64,000 bases of DNA from the NCBI RefSeq assembly GCF_035084215.1, contig NC_090353.1, positions 36,580,001-36,644,000 on the forward strand. The letters run 5' to 3'. The stretch is from Heptranchias perlo (taxonomy: Eukaryota). A model generated the notes under the pieces. The model ran no database searches. It was not told the DNA's origin and worked only from the letters and a program-made list of their open reading frames with translations. Shown one piece after another: positions 54,462 to 64,000 of this stretch (its first letter is position 1; the number at the start of each line of letters is the position of its first letter). Made by a program: the position numbers and the translations under genes.

Positions 54462-55314
54462 CGGAGACCCCGGCATCACCCGAGGGGGCCATCGGGCCCA
54501 CCTCAGGGTCTTAGGCTTTTCCGCACAGGAAACTTTGTGACAACCTTTGGGGAGTGTTTATACCGAACTTGCCCTCAGGAGATTAAATGGGTGGGTAGAG
54601 CCCACGCTAGGGGAGAGTGTACATGGGCTGGGGAAAGAGTGGGTTTAATGGGCCAAACAGCCTTCTCTTATTCCGTGCTTTTCCTGAGCTGGGTCGCTGA
54701 ACGGGGGGTAAACTGATTTCCCCAAAGTTGCTGTTGAGACATTTCTGTGCTGATTTCCAATCTGCCGGCTTCAGTCTTGTACGAAAGCGATTTTATATCC
54801 CGACTGTTTTGACTAACTCACTCAATTGTCAAAGTGTGAGATATTCTTTAGGGTTGTACCTATTTCAAATATGAATGTTGTAAATTTGATCAAATTTGAC
54901 TAGGGTTTTTTTTTAAGCAGCGCACGGGGGGTGGGGTGTAGATGGGGTGGGGTGAGGCATCGGGGGTCTTTCCCAGTGCAGCACTAGTCCAATGACTCGC
55001 ACTGAATCCTATAATCTGCCGAAGATCTTTTTAAAAAATGCTTGCAATTTATGCGGCAAAGATAATCCTAAGTGGGAAAAAAAATTTAATTTCTGTTGTG
55101 ACTCACAAACATTTTAAAAAAAACTACAAATCGAGGGCCGCACAATATCGGATAGGCAACTGAATAAAGGGAAGAGGAAGAGTGTGAATATAGAGTGGTT
55201 TGAGGGGAGAGTGGGCAGCGCTGAGCAACATGCTATTTTTTTTCCCCAGTTTTTTTTCTCTTTTTTCCTGCATTTGTGGTTGGTTGGGTGGGTGGGTTCA
55301 TGGAATCAATGGAA

Positions 55315-55665
55315 GAGTTATCCAATTAGTCCCACTCCCCCCTGCTCTTTCCCCGTAGCCCTGCAAATTTTCTCCCCTGCAATTATTTATCCAATTCCCT
55401 TTTGAAAGTTATTATTGAATCTGCTTCCACCGCCCTTTCAGGCAGCGCATTCCAGATCAGAACAACTCGCTGCGTAAAAAAATGCCTCCTCATCTCCCCT
55501 CTGGCTCTTTTGCCGATCACCTTAAATCTGTGTCCTCTGGTTACCGACCCTCCTGCCGCTGGAAACAGTTTCTCCTTATTTACTCCATCAAAACCCTTCA
55601 TAATTTTGAATGCCTCTATTAAATCTCCCCTTAACCTTCTCTGTTCTGAGGAGAACAACCCCAGA
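55315..55665 (-). mobile_element. CR1 3' fragment
   Basis: RRLRGDLIEAFKIMKG...FFTQRVVLIWN. Confidence 0.85.
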
Positions 55666-55792
55666 GGGTTATACTCCTCTACACATTGACCCTATCTATA
55701 AGCTGATTGATTAAAGTTGATTAAAGATTGCTGCTATGTTACATTGCAAAAAAATACCCCAATAAAATGTAATTTAAAAAGAATATGGGGAT

Positions 55793-55828
<36 letters not shown>

Positions 55829-56359
55829 AGTGGAGTTGAGGTCGAAGGTCAGCCGTGATCTGATTGAATGGCGGAGCAGGCTCGAGGGGCCGAATGGCCT
55901 ACTCCTGCTCCTATTTCTTATGAATGTGTGAAGTGTGAACACTGCACCCCGTGTGGTTCTGAGCCACACTGACGAACAATGGCCTCACTTCCATGCTCGG
56001 TCTCCCCTAAAGGTCGCATTAACATCAGGGGCCCAGGGTTAGGGAGGGGTAAGGAATTCAGCCGGGCTTTTCAGTAACTGCTGCAGGTCAAAGTGTGAAG
56101 CTGACGGGTGAGGACGAGATTGGATTGGGCTCATCCGTGATGCCCTCCATAGTAGAATAGTCTGCCGCCACCCACCATCTCGGCTCACAAAAGACTGGGC
56201 TGCCGAGGTACTGGAGGGAAACTCACCATGCAGCACCAGAGGAGGGGAGAAAATTGGAGGGTGGGGGGGACGGAGGGAAAGGAAACATCTAGAATTTGGA
56301 CCCTTTGACCCTTGGAGAAGACTCGAATGGAAAAAAGATCCCGTTAATAAAAGTAAACC

Positions 56360-57010
56360 GTATCATCGGCCTCTGAATCAGCAGGTCGTGGGTTCGAGTC
56401 CCACTCCAGAGACTAGAGCACATATTCCAGGCTGACACTCCCAGTGCAGTACTGAACCATCGGAGGTGCTGTCTTTCGGATGAGACGTGAAACCGAGGTC
56501 CCGTCTGCCCTCTCAGGTGGATTTAAAAGATCCCATGGCCACTATTTCAAAGACGAGCAGGGGAGTTCTCCCAGCGTCCTGGGCCAATTTACTTATACTC
56601 GTATATTAAGCCCTCTACCAACACCACTAAAAACAGATTATCTGGTCATTATCACATCGCTGTTTGTGGGACCTTGCTGTGCACAAATTAGCTGCCACAT
56701 TTCCTACATTAAAACAACAAAAACGTGCATTTATATAGCGCCTTTAGCGTAGTAAAACGTCCCAAGGCGCTTCACAGGAGCGATTTGAAGACAAGGGATG
56801 AGGATTTTAAAAGCGAGGCGTTGCAGGACTGGGAGCCAACGTAGGTCAGCGAGCACAGTGGGTGATGGGTGAATGGGTCTTGGTTCCAGTCAGGAGACGG
56901 GGCAGCAGAGTTTACAACAGTGACTACACTTCAAAAGTACTTCATTGGCTGTAAAGCGCTTTGGGACATCCTGAGGTCGTGAAAGGCTCTATTAGAAATA
57001 CAAGTTCTTT
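56360..57010 (+). mobile_element. Deu-domain SINE with an inserted L2 remnant (minus, about 56712-56912)
   Basis: SINE text resumes at ACAACAGTGACTACAC after the insert. Confidence 0.78.
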
Positions 57011-57299
57011 CTTTTCAAGGCTCATCCGACTGCTGCTGTCAGTTTGTCACACACGTCTGTGGTCGTCAGCGTCACCGAGTGACAGAGAGAGAAAGGGAGC
57101 CCTGAGGGGAGGTCACCAGCGGCTCCTGCTCCAGCTCCCTCAGACGTTTGTTCAAGAACTCCTGGGATCCAAACCTCAGGCCCTCACTTCCCTGACCGTA
57201 CCTTGAATTTTAAAACCTTAAGTTTAGTTTAATAACACTGGCCATCCAACAACCCCAACACTAAACCTCGGAGTCCCACAGTTATCCCAGACTCAAAAA

Positions 57300-57650
57300 G
57301 AAATCATAGAATCATACAGCACAGGAGTCCATTCAGCTCATCGTGCCTGTGCTGGCTCTGTGAAAGAGCTATACAATTAGTCCCATTCCCTGCCTTTCCC
57401 CCCATATCCTTGCAAATTTCTCTTTTTCAAGTATTTATCCGATTCCCTTTTGAAAGTTACTACTTAATCTGCTTCCACCGCCCTTTCAGGCAGTGAATTC
57501 CAGATCATAACAACTCGCTGTGTTAAAAATCTGCTCCTCATCTCCCCTCTGGTTCTTTTGCCAATTATCTTAAATCCATGACCTCTGGTTACTGACTCTC
57601 CTGCCAGTGGAAACAGTTTCTCCTTATTTATTCCATTAAAACCCCTTTAA
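57300..57650 (-). mobile_element. CR1 3' fragment
   Basis: ATGATTCTATGATT tail and TQRVVMIWNSL homology. Confidence 0.8.
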
Positions 57651-57732
57651 AACACACACACATCTAAGCTCAGTCAGGTTTAACTCATTCTTAGTTTGAT
57701 AAAGTGGAGAGCTCCAAGTTCTAGATAAAACA

Positions 57733-57738
57733 TTTATT
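57733..57738 (-). terminator. Candidate poly(A) signal for the 58206-58640 ORF
   Basis: AATAAA on the minus strand about 470 nt after the stop codon. Confidence 0.45.
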
Positions 57739-58205
57739 GAGATTTTTCAGCAAAAACAATCAACCTTTCAGGAGCTTTGCTTTATGAAAATACAATATTT
57801 GAAATGAAATTAAAAAAAAATAATCAGGCAGAACTTTAAAACCTGGTTAATCTCAAATTCCCCTTGGAACAGCATTCGGTGATGGTATCCAGGCTATAGA
57901 GTGACCAAGTCCCGAAACAGATCAATCGGCATGACACTCGAGAAGGAGAGAAATTCATCTAGTCTTCTGATACCTGGGCATGGACCATGATGGGTAAGGT
58001 ATCATCAGCGGCGGCCACTTTGTTGTGTGGGCTTTTCTGATCACCAGCTATAATCGTTTATATAACTTTGAAACAGTTCTACACTTGTTGGGACCTGCAG
58101 TCCTCACCTCACAATCTAGAAATTTCTATAACCCACAAGAGAGTCAAGTAAGTTGGGAGCAGGTGTGGAACTCTCCTTGGTGCTGGTGGGAAGGAGGCTC
58201 CTCTT

Positions 58206-58640
58206 TTACCAATCCTCTTGCATCTTGTTGGAGTCTTCAGGCTGGTTGCTGAGGTGTTGCAGGTTGGGGAAGTTGAAGCTGGGCTGGTTGATCTTCTCCA
58301 GGAAGGAGGTGAGGAGGCGTTTGTTGAGGTGGTCGGTTTGGGTGAGCTCTGGCTCCTCCTGCCCATCTCTGGCCTCCTCAGGCTCTTGAGTTGGGTTTGG
58401 GGTTGGGTTTGTTGGCTTCTGCTCTTCCCCTTGACCCACCCTGTGGAGGCCCAAGTTGAGGCTGGTTTGGAGAGCTGCATTTTCCATCTCTTTGTGCCTC
58501 TTGGTGTCATTGCTGCAGGGAGGCCGGGGTCCTTCCCCGCCATCAACCCTGCTCATGTCTTCCTCCATTGTCCTCTCCATCTCCCAGCCAGAGCGAGGCC
58601 AACAGCGGCTGCCAATAAAGTTCGTTGAAACGGGCGCCAT
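58206..58640 (-). CDS. Candidate small single-exon protein of unknown family (144 aa from AAGATGG at 58640, or 124 aa from GAGATGG at 58580)
   Basis: Non-repetitive ORF with strong-Kozak ATGs, an acidic/disordered N-terminal half and an amphipathic segment ELTQTDHLNKRLLTSFLEKIN; minus-strand AATAAA at 57738-57733; YY1-like motifs upstream. Confidence 0.55.
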   Translation of the reverse strand: MAPVSTNFIGSRCWPRSGWEMERTMEEDMSRVDGGEGPRPPCSNDTKRHKEMENAALQTSLNLGLHRVGQGEEQKPTNPTPNPTQEPEEARDGQEEPELTQTDHLNKRLLTSFLEKINQPSFNFPNLQHLSNQPEDSNKMQEDW

Positions 58641-59869
58641 CTTTGTGCGGGGCATCTCTGTCTTAAAGTGACACAAAGTGCCAGAAAAGAAAAGTCCCCA
58701 CTTGAACAAAAAGTCTATTTATTGGCAAGGGAAGCAAACTCTGACGTATGCTGCCTGAGCTGCTAAGTGTCTCCAGCGTTTTCCATTGTCTATTTATTGG
58801 GCAAACGCTACCTGTTTCAAGACATTTGTTTTTTCAAGAATAAATTGATCAATTTTATATTTGTGATCCTCAAACCGAAATTGGAAGTTTAAGATATTTA
58901 ATAGAGGTTCAATCTGCGAATGATGCATTTTTCAAACTGGAAATATAATGATAACAAGACATACTGGTTTCAACTCACTGGACACTGCCCCTCACAGACA
59001 TGGCGGCCAACCTGCTCCGCTCAGTCATTGTAATCTGCCCCGTACAAACATGGCGGCCAACCTGCTCCGCCCAGTCCTTGCGATTTGCCCCTCACAGATA
59101 TGGCGGCCAACCCGTTCCGCCCAGTCATTGCAATTTGCCCCTCACAAACATGGCTGCCGACGCCCACCAAACCCTTCCATCCAGGGGCAGGTTCGCACTG
59201 GACCCCAAATTTTGGGCCACCTCGATTATCTTCACAACTGTCCACAAATATATACAGAATTTACAAGTATTTTTAAAAAACCGCACCATTATTTTTTTTT
59301 TAAAAAGCGTTTGAAAAAAAATCCCCCACTATTTCAGTGAGTTGTGGCTGTTGCGCACAGGCAGCAGGATAGACAGGCCGCTGTCGTCATTAACAGGCGC
59401 CAGTCCGGAGAGTCAGCTGCTGGATGCTGAGGTGCCTGGTCGCTGAGTGAGTGAGCAATTAATTCACTTTCAGCCTTTTAATAACTTCAGATATTAATGT
59501 TAAACTTCATTATTGTCGGAGGATTTGCTCTTTTACCAGCAGATTTGGTTCTGATATTCCTCCCCTCCCCTCCCCCCCCCCCCCCCCTGTGGAAGAGGAG
59601 TTGTTGCCATGGTTATGGGTGGGGTGAGCTGGACCCTCTGCTCCATCACCTTGCTGGCACAGGTTACCATGGGAACGTTCTGTCAGCCCGGCCATTGAGT
59701 GACCCCATTAATTTTGTACAAGTCGGCAAATGTGGCCGGACCAGGGAGGGGAGTCTGCCTGCCCCTCCCTCCCCTCCCTCCCTCCCCCAAACGTCACGTC
59801 TGTCCGATTGGGATGGAGGAGGGGGTCTGAGCGCTGGTGAGTTCCCTATCTGGGACGCGACTCAAACAT

Positions 59870-60300
59870 GGGGCTCAATGCGTGGCATTCTCGCCTCCGA
59901 GTCGGAAGGCCGTGGATTCAAGCCCCACTCCAGAGACTCGAACCCATAATCCAGGCCGACGCTCCCAGTGCACTACTGAGGGAGTGCTGCACTGCCGGAG
60001 GTGCCGTCCTTCGAATGAGACGTTAAACCGAGGCCCCCATCTGCCCACTCAGGTGGATGTAAAAGATCCCACTGCGCTATTGGAAGAAGAGCAGGGGAGT
60101 TCTCCCCGGTGTCCTGGGCCAATATTTACCCCTCAACCAACACCTAAAACAGATTATCTGGTCATTATCACATTGTGGGAGCTTGCTGTGTGCAAATTAG
60201 ATACTGCGGTACAACAGTGACTACACTTCAAAAATACTTCATTGGCTGTGAAGCCCTTTCAGACGTCCTGGGGTTGTGAGAGGCACTATAAACACAGATT
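59870..60300 (+). mobile_element. Deu-domain SINE
   Basis: Head, Deu core and tail as in other copies. Confidence 0.83.
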
Positions 60301-60477
60301 CTCTCTTCCTGCTATCTTAAGGCTATGTTTTAGGCTATCAATAATTCTGTGGTTCCACGGTACATTGTTTTTTAGGGGATAGGTTTTCCAGGAAATTTTG
60401 AAAACAACAGCTTGCCTTTATGTAGTGTCTTTAAAAGTAGAAAAACGTCCCCAGTTGCTTCAGGCAGTTTGTGATTG

Positions 60478-61125
60478 AAAGTGGCAAGTTGGATCCAAAA
60501 TTGGCTCAGTGGCAGGAAGCAAAGGGTAATGGTCGACGGGTGTTTTTGCGACTGGAAGACAGTTTCCAGTGGGGTTCCGCAGGGCTCAGTACTAGGTCCC
60601 TTGCTTTTCGTGGTATATATCAATGATTCAGACTTAAATGTAGGGGGCATGATTAAGAAGTTTGCAGATGATCCTGAGGAGGAAAGCTGTAGACTGCAGG
60701 AAGATGTCAGTGGACTGGTCAGGTGGGCAGAAAAGTGGCAAATGGAATTCAATCCGGAGAAGTGTGAGGTAATGCATTTGGGGAGGGCAAACAAGGCAAG
60801 GGAATACACAATAAATGGGAGGATACTGAGAAGTGTAGAGGACCTTGGAGCACAGGTCCACAGATCCCTGAAGGTAGCAGGACAGGTAGATAAGGTGGTT
60901 AAGAAGGCATACGGGATACTTTCCTTTTAATAGCCGAGGAATAGAATATAAGAGCAGGGAGGTTATGCTGGAACTGTATAAAACACTGGTTAGGCCACAG
61001 CTAGAGTACTGCATACAGTTCTGGTCACCACATTGCAGGAAAGATGTGATAGCACTGGAGATGGTACAGAGGAGTTTTACAAGGATGTTGCCAGGGCTGG
61101 AGAATTTTAGCCATGAGGAAAGATG
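60478..61125 (+). mobile_element. CR1 LINE RT fragment
   Basis: WIQNWLSGRKQRV, GVPQGSVLGP, FADD. Confidence 0.9.
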
Positions 61126-62879
61126 GGATGTTTATAGCAGAGAGAAGGCTCAGGGAGGTTCTTATTGGTTATTTGTGATTCTCAGGGCTATCGATAAATT
61201 GAAACCTAATAAGGTTGACATGATTGTAAACTCCAGACTAGGGAGTACCATTTAATTCGTGTTAACGTCGCACACTGTTACTAATGTACAAATCGGCCTG
61301 CGAGTTCAGGGGATTAAGAGGTATGCCGTGAGTTGTGATTTTTCAGAACTTGCTGATGGATTTACTCCGCTCTGCTGTTTGCTTTATACAAACGACATCT
61401 TGCCCTCAACCTCCCCGTTTTTAAGAACTTGCTGAATTTGTACATTAATTACCCATTAAACTCGCCTCAGAAAGTTGAGGCTGGTAATTAACAGTGTAAG
61501 CACCCTTTTAGCAATGTGATAATTGGCATTGCATTAACAATCAACCTCTCTGGCCCAGAATGGGAACAGTTTAAACTGTTCAATCTCACTCTTGCAGGAT
61601 AATCAATTATTGGAGATTTAAAAAATGTCAAGTTTTTTTTAAAAAGTTTCTTTCTTTTCCTTTCAGTCTCTTTTTTTTCTCTCTCTCTTAATCCAATCTT
61701 TCTTTCCCTCTCTTTATTTCTTTCTGTACCTGGTTTGACCCTAATTCACCCCATTTCCTTCTCCGTCGTTCCTCTTTCTTTCTCAATCCTTAAATCTCAT
61801 TGATCAAGGAGACAGGCTGTTGGTCCCACCGTTCACTAAGGTCCCAGGTGCCCCATTATCAGCTCCCACTTCCGGCAAGTTACAGGGCAAATGTTTTTTG
61901 AACTGAAGGGTGGGGGAAAAAGTCTAACTAACTGGGCACGCCAGACTCCAGCAAGATCTAGGCCATTGTGTTTAAAATTTCACAAACAAAATGGGTAGAC
62001 ATTTGGCAGAGAAAGTAATTGATGTATGAGAGAGCAGTGCACGCTATCTTTCAAACATTAGGACCAACGCGATGAAGTGGGATGATCTTCGGTTCTGTAT
62101 ATTTTTGTGTTCAAGGGAAGAACTTGTATTTATACAGCACATTTCATGTCCTCGGGACGTCCCAAAGTACATCACAGCCAATTATTTACTTTTTGAATTG
62201 TTGTTATGTGGGAAAAGCAAGATCCCGTAAACAATATCTGAGATAGATGGCCAGCTGACCTGTTTTTGATGGTGTTGATTTGTGTTCAATAGTTTTTAAA
62301 AAAAAATCTTCCTGGCATTTCATGCAATAACCTGATCCTTCCAGTGTCACTAGGATTTCAGGAAAGTGTGATGTTTTCATATTTATCATTCAGCAGCGCA
62401 TTCATAGATTCTGTACATGTCTTATAACACTGGGGTACAGTACTGGTGGGTACAGGTCTGTCCTTGGAGATGGGACCTATTTGAGGGATGTATTGAGGGT
62501 CCATTTACCTTAAAGCTGTTGTGTTAGTGCAAAGATATTTCTCTTCACTGCTGTTATTGTGTTGGTGCAGCCCGGGTTTAGATGGCATAGAATTAATGGG
62601 CCGAATGGCCGCATTCTGCACTCTTAAACCTCCCCGGTTCAGGGCTCACCCTTTCACCGGATGGAGGCAGAGTGAGACTCCTGGTGTGAAGTGGGAGCCA
62701 CTTTGTATCAGTGCTGGTGTTGGCGCTAACTCCGAGTGCTCTGTCACGCTGTGTTGAAGTACTTCAGCCTTGTGGAGTTTTGGACCCCGGACACCAACAT
62801 ATCCTGGTGACAAAATAGTGAAAGGCCACTCTGAGCAAATCTAATTGACACAGTATGAGGTGTTTGTGAATGTAAATGA

Positions 62880-63345
62880 AAGAAAGAACTTGCATTTATT
62901 CAGCGCCTTTCATGACCTCAGGATATCCCAAAGCGCTTTACAACTAATGAAGTACTTTTGAAGTGTAGTCACTGTTGTAATGTAGGAAACGTGGCAGCCA
63001 ATTTGCACACAGCAAGATCCCACAAACAGCAATGTGATAATGAGCAGATCATCTGTTATAGCAATGTTGGTTGAGGGATAAATATTGGCCCAGGACACCG
63101 GGAGAACTCCCCTGCTCTTCTTCGAAATAGTGCCATGGGATCTTTTACATCCACCTGAGAGGGCAGACGGGGCCTTGGTTTAAAGTCTCACCTGAAAGAC
63201 GGCACCTCCAACAATGCAGCACTCCCTCAGTGCTGCATTGGGAGTGTCAGCCTGGATTACGTGCTGAAGTTTGTGGAGTGGGGCTCGAGCCCATGGCCTT
63301 CTGACTCAGAGGTGAGAGTGCTACTCACCGAGCAGCGGCTGACGC
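62880..63345 (-). mobile_element. Deu-domain SINE, full length
   Basis: Reverse complement of the family consensus seen in the window. Confidence 0.85.
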
Positions 63346-64000
63346 CTTTATTGTCAACAAAACAATATTGACACCAGTGAAACCACCTTATTATCGTGCT
63401 CTGTACCCAGGTTGGAAGATGAAAGACGGATTTAATTTTGAGTAGACACCGTTCAATATTAGTAACTTGCAAAAGGGAATTGGATAAATACTTGAAAAGG
63501 AAAAATTTGCAAGGCTGTGGGGAAAGAACGGGGGAGGGGGGGAGTGAGACTAATTGGATAACTCTTTAAAGAGCCAACGCAGGCGCGATGGGTGGAATGG
63601 CCTCATTCTGTACAATTTGATTCTATTTTATTCGTCTGTCAATGCATCGGAAAGTATAGGAACAATGTTTGATGTAAGTGCTTAGTAAACTTCTCTAAAG
63701 GGCGTGTTTTTGGCCCCTTGCCCTGCCCAGTCACGCCCCGTCTCAGTTTAGGATTTAGCAACAGGACCAGCTCATTCAGTGATATCCGACCTGAACCAGA
63801 GCGTGTTGTGGGTACGTGTTGTTGAGTTTCCTGATACGTGTCTGTGTTTTATACTAATTGTGTAATGTTTCCAGCTGTCTCCCCTCTGGTGCTCCCAGGT
63901 ACCTGATCCACGTTTGTTTCTTCACCTGTGAGTCTAGTTGCTGAGTGGCAGCTATCTTGAGTTCAGGAGGTTGGGGGGGAGGGGTGATCTAATTGAGGTG

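Overview
Vertebrate genomic DNA, most likely from a cartilaginous fish (inferred from the repeat complement: CR1 and L2 LINEs, SacSINE1/Deu-type SINEs and a Penelope element). It is very repeat-dense and has one 200-N assembly gap. Three spliced genes could be reconstructed by hand. DDA1 is on the minus strand (ATG-only exon 1 and exon 3 seen, exon 2 missing, gene runs off the left edge). BABAM1/MERIT40 is complete on the minus strand (8 coding exons, about 467 aa, with a Gln/Ser/Pro repeat insertion and a U12-type intron). USHBP1/MCC2, an MCC-family coiled-coil gene, lies head-to-head with BABAM1 on the plus strand (14 well-supported exons plus a tentative first exon, about 754 aa, one GC-AG intron, C-terminal PDZ-binding motif). 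A candidate small single-exon gene of unknown family lies on the minus strand at 58206-58640. Both GC-rich promoters carry clustered ZNF143/SBS motifs. BABAM1 intron 2 holds a Penelope element with a GIY-YIG frame, about 535-bp inverted repeats and two minimal hammerhead-ribozyme motifs. Most ORFs in the supplied track are LINE fragments or translations of minisatellites. Repeat boundaries are approximate; gene names come from recalled protein similarity, not from a database search.
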